From the NCBI RefSeq assembly GCF_006345805.1, contig NC_043002.1, forward strand, positions 10,540,001 through 10,604,000: a stretch of 64,000 bases of DNA, read 5' to 3'. A program made the translations under genes and the position numbers. This stretch comes from Octopus sinensis (Eukaryota). Numbering within the stretch: the first letter of the stretch is position 1; every line of letters starts with the position of its first letter. Positions 1-13,400 of the stretch are shown in pieces. The notes beneath the pieces were generated by a model. That model searched no databases, was not told the origin of the DNA, and saw nothing but the letters and a program-made list of their open reading frames with translations.

Positions 1-70
1 TGCGAAGCGCATTGTGACCAGCGATGTGTAGCAACATCTGATAGCCTGGTCGATCACGGTGATCACGTTG
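1..70 (+). mobile_element. SINE tail X, cut by the window edge
   Basis: Near-identical to 41323-41392. Confidence 0.85.
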
Positions 71-74
71 AATA

Positions 75-475
75 ATGGTTCGAAATTCTGACACAGAGCT
101 AGCAACTTTTAGAGGAAAGTAGCAAATCGATCATATCGACTCCAGTACTCCACTGGTACTTATTTTATCGACCTCAAAACGATGATTGGCAAAGTTGACC
201 TTATCGTCGAACGAAGTGCCGCTAAGCATTTTATCTGGGGTGTTATCGCATCTGCTAGCTGACTGCCCTAGACTAGTCCTGCTCTTAATAATAACATCTG
301 AGGTAGAGAACTGGCAGAACTGTTAGCACGTCGGACAAAATGCTCAACGGCATTTCGTTCGTCTTTACGTTCTGAGTTCAAATGCCACCGAGGTCGACTT
401 TGTCTTTGATCCTTTCAGGGTCGATAAAATAAATACTAGTTGAGCACTGGGGTCGATGTGGCAAATTTGAAACCA
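75..475. mobile_element. Two decayed SINE-A copies, head-to-head (75-268 minus, 300-475 plus)
   Basis: GAGGTCGACTTTG..ATCCTTTC.GGGGTCGATAAA central domain and pol III A/B-box-like head. Confidence 0.75.
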
Positions 476-1080
476 GTCATAAGAACACCTCTGTATAAGA
501 TACCAGTATTAATAAGTTACTTATATTCTCCGTTGCCCATTTCCGAGTATGGAATGAATAAATACAAACACCATAATACACGTGGTACGGAAATCACATT
601 AAAGCACCGAAAGCATATTCAAAATCAAGCATCTAAACGTGGAAGTGTAACATCATATCCACTTTTCCAATTCACATATAGGAGCAAAGACTGAGACACA
701 TGTATATAACTGATCCATTGGTATTAACATTAGAACAAAGAATGGATAGGAACCAGCATTTACTACGGTACACATGGATTCTATAATATATTTCGTAGGT
801 TTCAAGAAAGGAAAATAACTTCAAAGGAAGCTGACCATTGCAGGAATTTTAGTAAATACCAGGTATTACACAACTGGAATTATTGGAAAATCTTGCGCTT
901 GTACTTCTTGAAGATAATCATATTTATTGTTAAGTAACCGAAGAGACAGAATTAAGAAAAGCGTATAAAAATAGACGGAATTAGGAATCGTGTATTGAGA
1001 CAGAGAGAGACACAGTTTATATGAAAATGTCTATTTTAATCGACCGAGATTTCAGAAATACGGACGTTTTGCATGAAGGA

Positions 1081-1190
1081 TCTCGAAACGTAAAAGACTT
1101 TTTCTATTCCTGAGCGTTATACTAATACATCTGGGTTTTTTTTGTACACCACCTGTCTTCGTCTTTTGTCTTTTTCGTAAACTCTCCCTA
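1081..1190 (+). mobile_element. Family E copy, 5'-truncated at HHR stem II
   Basis: Begins CTCGAAACGTAAAAGACTTTTTCTATTCC, near-identical to 43875-43980, and ends in a CA/TA microsatellite. Confidence 0.8.
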
Positions 1191-1217
1191 TACACACACA
1201 CATATACATATATATAT

Positions 1218-1280
<63 letters not shown>

Positions 1281-1369
1281 ATATATTTCTGCTTCAATTC
1301 TCATCTTTTATCATCCTCTTTTTTTTATATAATGTTACACAGACACACACACACACACACACACACAAC

Positions 1370-1404
<35 letters not shown>

Positions 1405-1797
1405 GGGGTGGTGAGAGAGTTTGTGTGTGTCTTTGTGTGTGTCTGTGTGTCTGTGTGTCTGTCTAACATTATATAAAAATAGAGGATGATAAAAGATGAG
1501 AAGTGAAACAGAAAAATAAGACAATGTTAAAATAAGAGGTATTGTAGCTAACAACAATCAAATACGATGTATGTATATATGTATGGGCGTGTGTGTGTGT
1601 GTGTGTGTGCGGGCGCTTGCAGTATCGAGAATGTGTGTACACCTCTTTAGCATCTGACATCGCACTTAGTTTTCATTTCGTTTTAGATTTAATCCCTTAG
1701 AAAGAATGCAGTAAGTTAGACTAGACTTTAAACAAAGACAATGGTCTAAATAACTACTGGGAGTTCAAAAATTTTGTCGAAGTGCAAATTTAATAAG

Positions 1798-1864
1798 GAG
1801 ATTCAAAGAGATTCAAAGAGATTCAAAGAGATTCAAAGAGATTCATACATAAAGATTCAAAGAG
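1798..1864 (+). repeat. (GAGATTCAAA)n decamer array
   Basis: Four perfect copies plus two partial or variant copies. Confidence 0.95.
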
Positions 1865-2481
1865 AATCACCCGAATGGGGGACAACATTGAATCAGCAGG
1901 AACTGTTCAGAATGACTGCAAGAAAGGTTTCGTAGCATCAAGGACATCGATATGCTCCACAAGTCAAGGAATGGCATTTTAGACGTTCAAGAAAATCCGA
2001 ACGGCAAGCAACTCGTGAATAGGAATTTCAAAATCAAGCGTCCATCTCATTTTGAAGCTCTGTCAGTGGGACTGAAACCGGAACCATGTGGTTGGGAAGC
2101 AAAATTCTTACCACGCAGCCACGTTTGCGACTATATTAGCAAAACATTAAATTCTGTCAATAAAATTCTCTAAAATTTGGAAATTGGAATGCCTATCATT
2201 GTCAGGGAATGTATTTTATCAGTAAAGGAGCGTATATATCAATGCGCGCGTGCGTGTAATTGTGCGCGTGTGTGTGAGTGTGTATGTGTGCGCGTGTGTG
2301 TGAGTGTGTATGTGTGCGCGCGTGTGTGAGTGTGTATGTGTATGTGTCTGAGTGAGGGTTAGGTGAGTTTGAAACATATACAAATAAATGCATGCACTTG
2401 CATATATGTGTGCGTGTACGTATATGCGTGTATGTCGGTAAGTATGTATGTGTATATATGTATGTATGTATGTATGTGTGT

Positions 2482-2754
2482 ATGGAGGCGCAATGGCCCA
2501 GTGGTTAGGGCAGCGGATCGTGGTCGTAGGATCGCGGTTTCGATTCCCAGACCGGGCGTTGAGAGTGTTTATTGAGCGAAAACACCTAAAAGCTCCACGA
2601 GGCTCCGGCAGGGGGTGGTGTATAATAGGCGCAGGAGTGGCTTCTGGGTTCAGTCCCACTGCATGGCATCTTGGGCAAGTGTCTTCTGCTATAGCCCCGG
2701 GCCGACCAATGCCTTGTGGTGGATTTGGTAGACAGAAACTGAAAGAAGCCTGTC

Positions 2755-2816
<62 letters not shown>

Positions 2817-2836
2817 TGTGTGTGTGTTGTGTGTGT

Positions 2837-2868
<32 letters not shown>

Positions 2869-3080
2869 GTGTGTCTGTGTTTGTCCCCCTAGCATTGCTT
2901 GACAACGAATGCTGGTGCGTTTACGTCCCCGACATTTAGCGGTTCGGCAAAAGAGATCGATAGAATAAGTACTGGGGTTACAAAGAATAAGTCCCGCGGT
3001 CGATTGGCTCGACTAAAGGCGGTGCTCCAGCATGACCGCAGTCAAATGACTGAAACAAGTAAAAAGAGTAAAAAGAGAGA
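2482..3080 (+). mobile_element. SINE-C head (2482-2620) followed by SINE-B (2627-3080)
   Basis: C head TGGCCCAGTGG..GTTTCGATTCC; B has CTTGGGCAAGTG, internal (TA)n(TG)n, LINE-like tail and (GTAAAA..) end. Confidence 0.9.
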
Positions 3081-3119
3081 GTATGCATGTATGTATGTAT
3101 ACATAGTTACATATATATA

Positions 3120-3299
3120 GGGGGAGCATTCACAAAAAAACAAAAGACGAAGACAGGTGGTGTAGACAACAAACAGATGTATTAGTATAACGCTCGGGGA
3201 GTGAAAAAGTCTTTAACGTTTCGAGCCTGCGCTCTTCCGCGGAAAGGAACACAGAAAGAAACAGGGAGAGAAAATAAAGTGGCGAGCGATATATCATGG

Positions 3300-3300
<1 letters not shown>
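3120..3300 (-). mobile_element. Family E copy (HHR-like motif 3211-3246)
   Basis: Reverse complement matches 43860-43980; CUUU CCGCGGA A GAGC-GCAG-GCUC GAAACGUU AAAG. Confidence 0.75.
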
Positions 3301-4285
<985 letters not shown>

Positions 4286-4436
4286 TGTAGAATTTGCGAT
4301 CAGTAAAATGGAATAGTCCTCAATAGATGATTAAAATATTCAATATTGCACACAGTAGTATAATACACAGTTTTACCGTTGCCTGCCAACAAAGCTAGAA
4401 GTTTCAGATCTCGCTTCTACAGATATATTATTCTAT

Positions 4437-4527
4437 TCTACTATAGGCACAGGAGCCGAAATTTTGGGGGAGTGAGCCAGTCGATTAGATTGATCCCAGT
4501 ACGCAGCTGGTACTTAATTTATCGACT

Positions 4528-4528
<1 letters not shown>
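4437..4528 (-). mobile_element. SINE-A 3' fragment
   Basis: TTCTACTATAGGCACA..CCAGTCGATTAGA..CTGGTACTTAATTTATCGAC. Confidence 0.75.
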
Positions 4529-4529
<1 letters not shown>

Positions 4530-4569
<40 letters not shown>

Positions 4570-5058
4570 TCTAGTTGTGTGAGTGTCTGTCCCCTTCGAT
4601 TTAGATTCCTAACTCCTCCCACATTTTGCGGTGCAGTTTAACCAAATTCGGGTATCTTATAGTCGTGATTCATATTGAGCTTGTCTGACTATTAGCGCGC
4701 GTCAACGATGAGTCTACGATTTAAAAAATAATTTAACATCATTTTTTATTCCATTTTAATGCATAAAATGCATCGTATGTCGATGGCGGCGGAGTTGGCG
4801 TCCACGCTCACAGCTGCACCTGTTTGCTTCTCCCCCTTCCCTCCCTCGTGAAGCTGTGGGGAAGGGAGTGTAAAGAAATCAACGTCGTAATGCGTTGTGA
4901 AGGAAAGCAGCGTTCTTTTAGAACAACGACTTCATGGCTTGAAGACACCAAAACAAAAATGGCTAAGAAGCCCGAATTTATTAGGGAAGTAACTCTCTAA
5001 AAATGCTTATATAGTTATTTCCCTTACAAACCCGAGCAACGCCGGGCGATACTGCTAG
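4530..5058 (+). mobile_element. Non-autonomous Helitron
   Basis: 5' (TA)nAAA start; 3' hairpin CCCGAGCAACGCCGGG followed by CTAG|T. Confidence 0.8.
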
Positions 5059-5212
5059 TATATATATATATTTTATACATATATACAGGATGCGGTGAAT
5101 AAACCGTCGTCTAATTTAAGCAAAAATGAAAATAATACTGACATATTTTAACAGATATATTTACCAAAATTACATAGAAATGTCTTGAAATACTTAAGAG
5201 GGAGTTAGGGTT

Positions 5213-5381
5213 AGGGAAGGGGGCCAGTCGATTGGGTCGAGCTCAGTATGCAACTGGTAGTTAATTTATCGACCCCGGAAAGGATGGAAGGCAAAAATCG
5301 ACCTCGGCGGAACGTAAAGACAGACGAAATACTGCTAAGCATTTTGCCCGGTGTACTAACGATTCTGCCACCTCGCCGCCG
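5213..5381 (-). mobile_element. SINE-A copy
   Basis: Central domain plus head (GACGAAATACTGCTAAGC..CTCGCCGCC). Confidence 0.8.
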
Positions 5382-5399
5382 TTTATATGTATATTCTTT

Positions 5400-6095
5400 C
5401 CTACAGCTTCATCAGGGTCCGTCAATTTGGTCAACCTTAAAGTGAACAAATTGAAGGAAACTTGTTTTAGTTAGAATACTTTGATTATGTGTTCCAGTAA
5501 TATAGTTATCGTAACTCGCGGGACCTACGTTATGTCGGACCATATTTTTAATATTTGTGATTGCTTATTCTGCCTCTCATTGTTAAATTTATAAATATGA
5601 CATTTTAGGTTATTTAATACTGCATTAAAAAGTTTCACCATATACATATAAGAATGTATAGTATCTACAAGATTTACAGAAATGTTTCTCTGATGCAAAA
5701 AAAATCCCTTTCATTTTAAATGACACATATAATCCGAATACCGGATTATACCACAAAATACTACATTCATTGAACTTTTTATTCGGTTTAGTGTAATTGT
5801 TACAGTACATGATAGAGTCATGAAGATTGGAATTCAAGTTTTTCATTCCCATTTCCAGTATCCTTGTTTTCATTTTATTTTCATTCTCAGTACTTTTTAC
5901 TCAAAATCACGAATACAACGTTAAATATAAGCCTTTCTTTCCTGTAATGTCAACTGCATTTTCCTTCATGTTCACTATCAGTCTTACCACGATATATTTT
6001 TGGGCTTCTATTTTCATTTCTATATCGATTAACTGTCCTCTTCGGCATATATTTAAATTTTTCTATGTATCCTGCATTATAATAATCTGCATGTA
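5400..6095 (-). mobile_element. Strongly decayed Penelope-like fragment (RT C-terminal region)
   Basis: ORF pieces YNAGYIEKFKYMP and ILWYNPVFGLYVS..IFF..EKHF resemble the PLE motif IIWFNPPFS..V..FL..IDKHF. A CTGATGA half-hammerhead lies near 5408-5414 on the minus strand. Confidence 0.45.
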
Positions 6096-6100
6096 GATAC

Positions 6101-6165
<65 letters not shown>

Positions 6166-6447
6166 CACTTCAGACAAAGATATTTGAGATCCATAATGCC
6201 TACAGCAATCGCGATCTCATTTCATGGACTTCCATTTTGTTACTGTCAAATTTGTGTTCAAAATACTTTATTCATTATCTAGGTTGCTTAATACCATATA
6301 ATAAACTGCTAAGGAAATTGTTAAGTATTCATTTTACTTAATCAACTTGAAACCACTCCTAACTGCGGACTAATTCAACTTAAACAGTCCAAAGGGGTGC
6401 GCTATTATAATAAATTACAACGTCCAAAGAACTGGTGCGTTTGCTGG

Positions 6448-6493
<46 letters not shown>

Positions 6494-6514
6494 AGGTAGA
6501 TAGATAGATAGATG

Positions 6515-6640
6515 CTAACCACATGATTCTGTATTCAGTCCCACTGTGTAGCGACCCGGGCAACTGTCTTCTACTATAGCCTCCAGTCGACCAAAGGGTT
6601 GTGTGATGATTTGGTAGTCGGAAACTGAAAGAGGCCTATC

Positions 6641-6691
<51 letters not shown>

Positions 6692-6960
6692 AATGTTTGT
6701 ATTCAACTCTTGTGACTGGATCACACACGTATAATATCCACATAATATAATTTTGATGGAACGGAACATGCAGATGCGCTTCACGAACACTTCTTGTATC
6801 GTAACATTACCTACATGATATATAGTTACCAACCACTTGGTTCTGGGTTCAGTCCCACTTCGTGGTACCTTGGGCAAGTGTATTCTACTATAGCCTCAGG
6901 TCAACCAAAGCCTTTTGAGTAGATTTGGTTGACGGAAACTGAAAGAAGCCCGTCGTATAT
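6515..6960 (+). mobile_element. Two SINE-B 5' halves (6515-6640, 6826-6960), each ending in (TA)n
   Basis: TTCAGTCCCACT..GGGCAA.TGT..GGAAACTGAAAGA. Confidence 0.8.
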
Positions 6961-6970
6961 ATATATTTAA

Positions 6971-7021
<51 letters not shown>

Positions 7022-7104
7022 GATAATATAAATAATATATAAATATATGCATAAATACATACATGTACATACCTCCATATATATGTATATGTACATGCAT
7101 ATGG

Positions 7105-7315
7105 GTACGGGAATCAAAGAACGAAGACAACGCAAAAACCAAAAACTACAACGCGAGCATGTAATACATGTAAAGTATTAGCAGACGCTGAGTGAAGGAA
7201 AGAAAGATGGTTTAACGTTTCGAGCAGACGCTCTTCTTCGGAAACAGAAGAAGTCCAATAGAAGGGAAGAGGGAGAAAGAAATTCGCCAACGATTCATAT
7301 ATGGTTACATTTTGA
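7105..7315 (-). mobile_element. Divergent family E copy (HHR-like motif 7210-7245)
   Basis: GUUU CCGAAGA A GAGC-GUCU-GCUC GAAACGUU AAAC followed by the related tail (..AATAC..GTCTTCGT). Confidence 0.65.
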
Positions 7316-7790
7316 AATGACTGGACAGGAATATATATGGAGAGAAGACGGGAGAGGTATGCAGTAATATATGTCTGGAAGATCCTGGAAGGAACTGTGC
7401 CAAATTTTGGCATTGTAAGCTACACCAATGCTAGAACGGGACGACACTGCATAGTGCCAAAGATCCCAGTAATGCCATCACGCTTCAGGACCAGCTTCTG
7501 CAACAGCCTGAGTTTCAAGGGCCCACAGCTTTTTAATATTCTTCCAAAGAGTCTGAGGAACTTGCACAAAGTAGATGTAGCGGTTTTTAAATCAAAGCTG
7601 GACATCTTCCTGTCAAGAGTCCCAGATGAACCTACTTCACGGCAAGAGGTGCAAATGAGAGTAGCTGTATCAAACTCCATTCTTCACCAAGTGCCACATA
7701 TTAGACGAGGTTCGTCGTAATAACAGTGTAGCACAAAACGGCGGTGCATCAGCATGGCCGCAGCTCTGAGCTGAAACTAGAAAAAAAATA
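7316..7790 (+). mobile_element. 5'-truncated non-LTR retrotransposon (CR1/L2-group ORF2 C-terminus + 3' UTR)
   Basis: ORF 7337-7720: ERRRERYAVIYVWKILEG..GPQLFNILPKSLRN..FKSKLDIFL..VPDEP; 3' stem-loop and A tail. Confidence 0.88.
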
Positions 7791-8308
7791 TATATATATA
7801 CATTGCAATACAAATGTATTACTTTCCACTCAAATAAAACACCATAAAAGTAGAAGTATAAACATAGAGTAGTGGTGCAATAAGGCACCTATGTTTACTG
7901 GAAAAAGCAGTCGAAAAAATGTATGGCGCTATTGTAAAACTTCAAAGTGTATACATTGGCAAAGTCGTGTAAGGGCAGCGAACAGAAAGAAATTTCGTCT
8001 AACCTCTTGGAAGAACATTTGGTAAATGGACAACCCAGAATCAGATAATCTAGTACCAAGTTCTCGGACTCTTGAAATTCGTTTGTTATCGCAAATTTGA
8101 TTAGTCTTCTTCAGCCAGATTAACCTGGAGAACATTTCAAATGTTGCTATATCAGTGTCAGTATGCTCGCCTGAACGCCTAGCCGTTAACAGGACCGAGA
8201 ACAGTGAAAACGTTTTCGATGAAAAATTAAAATATTGCAAAATAGCGTCATAAATTTGTCGACTGCTATTTCCAGAATACATTGGTGCATTGTACCACTA
8301 CTCTCTCT

Positions 8309-8386
<78 letters not shown>

Positions 8387-8415
8387 TATATATGTATACA
8401 TACATATACATATAT

Positions 8416-8457
<42 letters not shown>

Positions 8458-9239
8458 TTATATATACATATGTATGTATCTATATGTGTATGTATACGTG
8501 TATGTATATATACATTGTCTTAGATACACAATGACAGAATGCAGGAGATATTTCGTACTGAGGGCAAGAGTGCACGCAAATATCTGAATCATATTTCCTT
8601 CCACCTGATTGGCACCATGAAGCAAGTAAACGCTGGAAAGTTCTAAGTACGACGACTAATATGTAGACCAGATAAATAATAGTATTGAATGAATTCTGTA
8701 GGCCACACATGATTCGCAAGTTTCATAAATGATATACCAGATTTCTCGTGTCAATAGATACAGATCTCCTTAACAATGAATAATGTGTTGGCAGAATACC
8801 TAAATATATAACTAAATAACTTTCATTGACCGCTGGAAATAATACGGATTAGATCAAATGCAGCGCAGCATATTACAACGAATTTATCATTGTCAATTAT
8901 AAAACTGACATAGGATTCTCAACGGTTCACAGTTTATTACAGAAGTCTTAGAGTGTATTGTACACATTTCATATGAAAAGTACTTAACGTAACGCACATC
9001 CACACGCACATCTCTCAGCATAAACTATCATACACATGAGTGAGCATATACACAAGCTCGTATCAATACGTAACTACTGATATATATTATATAAATCGTA
9101 TATATTTACATAGATACCTATATACATACATACATATATATATAAGATCAGCAACAATTTAGATTCAAATGAATATGGTACTTAATTTAGATGCACCAGA
9201 ATTTTGAATGGTGTTACCCATAAAAATTTGCGGGATGAT

Positions 9240-9406
9240 TATAATCAAAAATAAGCAACAAGAATGACTCCGGTGATTTGGTACAATTGTTTCGTACTAA
9301 AACATTTTATTAAATTTTCGTACTACAACATTTTAATAAAATGTTGTAGTACGAAACAATTGTACCAAATCACTGGAGTCATTCTTGTTGCTTATTTGTG
9401 ATTATA
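9240..9406. repeat. Near-perfect palindrome (about 70-bp arms, small internal duplication)
   Basis: ATAAGCAACAAGAATGACTCCGGTGATTTGGTACAATTGTTTCGTACT ... AGTACGAAACAATTGTACCAAATCACTGGAGTCATTCTTGTTGCTTAT. Confidence 0.95.
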
Positions 9407-9427
9407 TATATATATATATATATATAT

Positions 9428-9562
9428 AATAAGCAACAAGGACATCCAAGGTAGTGTAGTACAATCGTTTCATGCTACTTAATTTAATTAAACAATATTT
9501 AATTAGATGAAGTAGCATGAAACGATTTTACTACACTACCTTGGATATCCTTGTTGCTTATT
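9428..9562. repeat. Near-perfect palindrome (about 55-bp arms)
   Basis: AATAAGCAACAAGGACATCCAAGGTAGTGTAGTACAATCGTTTCATGCTACTT ... AAGTAGCATGAAACGATTTTACTACACTACCTTGGATATCCTTGTTGCTTATT. Confidence 0.95.
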
Positions 9563-9600
9563 TTGATTATAATCACCCCATTTGATTTATATAGATAATA

Positions 9601-10272
9601 CACCTTTAGAACAAGAGAACGAGAAACCATGATGGTCCTCTGGAGGACACTTGTCCTAAGCCACTTTCACTATTGCTCTCAGTTATGGTCACCATCCAGT
9701 GTCAAGTTGATCACAGAGCTCGAGGCGATCCAGCGTAGCTACACGAAGAAGATAGCCTCTATGCAGAATGTAAGCTACTGGGAAAGACTCAAGAGATTAA
9801 AACTATATTCCTTGGAGCGTAGGCAGGAAAGATATGCCATAATATACATCTGGAAGATCCTGGAGGGACGTGTCCCAAACTTTGGCATTGAGATTTACAC
9901 AAATGCCAGAACTAGGCACTACTGCGTGGTGCCTGACTCCAAATTTGCCATCAAGATGTAGGACAAGATACTGTGAGGGCCTGGGCTTCAGAGGCCCACA
10001 GCTCTTCAATATCCTCCCGAAGAACCTGAGAGACCTGCATGGAGTGGATGCAGATGTCTTTAACATGAAACTGGATCTCTTCCTGTCAGGTGTCCCAGAT
10101 GAACGAACTTCACGGCAGGAGGTGCAGATGAGGGCAGCTGCATCGAACTCTCTCATGCACCAAATGGGAGTTGCTAAAAAGCTTTCGTGAAGTAAAACCA
10201 AGTAGCAACACCAAATGGCGGTGCCCCAGCATGGCCACAGCTCATGAGCTGAAACTAGAATCAATCAATCAA
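9601..10272 (+). mobile_element. 5'-truncated LINE of the same family, frameshifted near 9938
   Basis: LVLSHFHYCSQLWSP..LEAIQRSYTK..SYWERLKRLKLYSLERRQERY, continuing in a second frame GPQLFNILPKNLR..PDE; (TCAA)n tail. Confidence 0.9.
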
Positions 10273-10349
10273 AACCATACCAAATTCTTGTGCCTTGACT
10301 TAAGTACCAATTTTCATCTGAATCTAAATTTTGATGAACTTATATATAT

Positions 10350-10393
<44 letters not shown>

Positions 10394-10439
10394 ATATATA
10401 TATGCATGTATGTATAAAACAAAGATATTTTATTACACA

Positions 10440-13400
10440 CGCATAGAAGTATAGGAAGAATAGAAGTTGAAAATGCACTAAGAATAGTTAAAATATTTTT
10501 TATTAAAATATTTGAAGCCTTAACTGGTTTCACAGTTTACACTGATTTTCAAAAGGTTCAAATAGGAAGGCGTGGCATATGTCGTATCTGTCTTGAAGAT
10601 TGCCATGTGTTTAAAGGATGTCCATGGCTCAAATTAGAATATATTTTGAATAGGATTTGATTGGTACAGGATTGTCACATGACTGGTCATTGAAATTTTT
10701 GTAGGTTCCTCGCTACCTCGTCCTTGTGTTAGTATCAAGTGACAATGTTTGGCGTCTTAAGTTAAGGCTGACACGGTTGACTGAACAATTCTAAACAATC
10801 AATGCTCTGAATGTTTTCTGTCAAGTGTTTGTAGGGAATGAACTCATAATTAAGTTTATAACCTTTTTTTAAGTTTCCTGCTACGTCCGTGCGTTAGTGT
10901 CACGTGGCAATATATTTTGTGCCTGAAAAGATGGTCCACACGGTTGATTGAATATGTTTAGTTATAATCAAAACAGACTAAATTGAATCTGGTGGAAGAG
11001 TTGTCCAATGGTTAAAATTTAGCTTCCTCATGATAATTGGCAGAATGAATTTTGTGTATAGTTATTTGTGCATGTATTCTGTTAAAGTTTGCTAAGTCTT
11101 GGTTTGTACTTTTGTATGAAAGTATTTTCTTTGTTTATCCGTGCTTCATCTGTAGTATCCGCTGAACATATGTAGAGTGGGAGGACCTGGGATTTGGAAG
11201 ACTTAATTTTTTGTACATATGTCTATGTGACCACTCAGTGGGATCTGTCTAGTACGGGGGTCTTGTATATTTTGTTAGTGAATGGTTAGTCTATTTCTTA
11301 GACTAAGCTTTGACCTAAGTAATCTTCAGTACATCCTTGACATTTGATAGCGTATATTAAACTCCTTGAAGGACACGTAAAGCGATTTTTTACGGTAAAA
11401 CTCCGTCTTGACTTGAATTGGTCTGGTGCGTCTTCAATAAGGTTGACGCAGGTCCCGCAAATGGGGCTGTCACACTTTTTGCCTGTTGGTGTAGGAAATG
11501 TGGGAGGTAATTTAACACTCGTGAGGAATGTTTTGAAGGACTTTGTTTTTTACTTCTGATTTTTTTGTGCATTTCAAATGTTTGTTTCATACTTGGGTCT
11601 TGTTTTAGTAGTGGGATGTTCTGTTCAGGTGGATAATATTGTAAGCTTCAGTTTTTCTTGTCTTGTGTTTTGTAATAAAGGATAGCTCATTTGATGTATC
11701 TGGAGCGTTTTTCGCTTTTCGTAGTTCTTTGATAGTTATTGGTTTGACATATTCTATTGGTTTGTCTATTAGTTTTAATGAATATTGCCCCTTAAGTAGC
11801 ACTTGTTTTAGTTTCTGTAGTCTTTTATTACGAGGTTCAGGATTTGAAACAATTGTGCAGATTCTTCTTGCTAGATTGAAGGGGATATTATTCTTCCTGT
11901 GTTTGGGATGGCATGAGGAGAATAGTAAGTATTGTTTAGAATCTGTTTGTAGTGGATATCTGTTTCAGTAATTTTATTTCTTTTGAAGATTAGTATATCC
12001 AGGAATGATAGATGAGTTTTACTGTATTCCATGGTAAAGTTAATATTATTGTTTATGCTGTTGATTAGAGCTTTGAAATCTATAAGTTGTCCAAATGTGT
12101 GCGTCCATATGATTAGGCAGTCATCTAAGTTACGTTTCTAGTTTTCTAGTTGATATTTGTAGAATTACAAGCCATATATTAATTTAGATTGTTCATATAT
12201 CTGCACCTCCATAGATGCCATGACGAGATTGGCGTACGTCGCAGCAAATTCTGTTTCCATCGCAGTCCCAGATATTTGTTTGTAAATATTGTCATCGAGT
12301 CAAAGATGTTAGTTTTCGAGGATAAACTTTAATCCTTCAGTGATGAAATTCTTTTCAGTTCTCTCCGGAATTTCACGAGGGAATATCTCAGGCTAGAAAT
12401 TTATTGCCTCTAGTCCATATTGATGGGAGATTGTGGTACATTGTTTATGGATTTGGGGAGGTGATTTAACAGGTCCAGATCATCCCAGACAAGACTTTGT
12501 ATGTATTTTAAAATAGGCTTTAGTACTACATCTAAAAAGTTGTTCAGTCTGTGTTTCACAGTTCGGGCCTTCCACGACTGGTCTAACTTTAAGGTCGGTG
12601 GGATATTGTATATTTACGCAACTTGAAGTTGGTTCTTTACATGTATTCTTACTAGTTTGATTCTCATAGATTTTGGGGAGACCGTAGAAGTAGCTGGTCT
12701 TGCAATCAAAATGGGTCAGGTAGTTACATTCTTTCTTTGTCAAACCTTTTTGATGTATGTGAATGTGTGTGTTCAGTTTAGTCATTGTCTTTGGTTTTCG
12801 GTAATTACTTACCTTTTCGTAGTGAGTCACATCTTGTAACATAGATAGGACATCCCATTTGTAGTGTTCTATATCCACAATAACTATTGCACCTGCCTAA
12901 TCTTCTTCCTTAATCATAATGACGTTATTGGTTTTCAGTTCATGTATAATATCTCATCCCATTCGAGCTGTATTGGGTTTGATCTTACGGTGTAGGAGTT
13001 CTTTATAAAGAAAGATAGAAATAAAATCACAAAATGTATCTAAAGCTTTATTCTTACCTTTCGTAGACTTGTAATTGCACTTATTTCTTACAATCGAATC
13101 GTCCCTGATTTCTTTATCCTGCCATTTCTCTGTTAGGCATAGTTTCCTACAGAACTGTGAAATGTCGTTCTGTATTTCATTGGTGTTAGGGTGCTGCGGT
13201 GTTAGGCCTTTTGATACAATACTAATTTCTTGTACTGAGGCAGTATTTTTCGATAGGTTAATTATCTGCGGTTTCTTCCATCTGGTGTCGAGAACGCTGT
13301 CGATTAGATCTAAGAAATGGTTTTTCAAAGGATTCCGTTTCTTACTACTTATATATCCGAGGACATTTTCCCTGTTAACTTGTGGTCTTTGGCATCGATT

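Noticed and set aside
480-1050. Possible RLE-type LINE relic (LKIIIFIV..)
   Set aside because: Too degenerate to support by eye.
7900-8290. Possible hAT dimerisation-domain relic (ISVSVCSPER)
   Set aside because: A single short motif is not enough.
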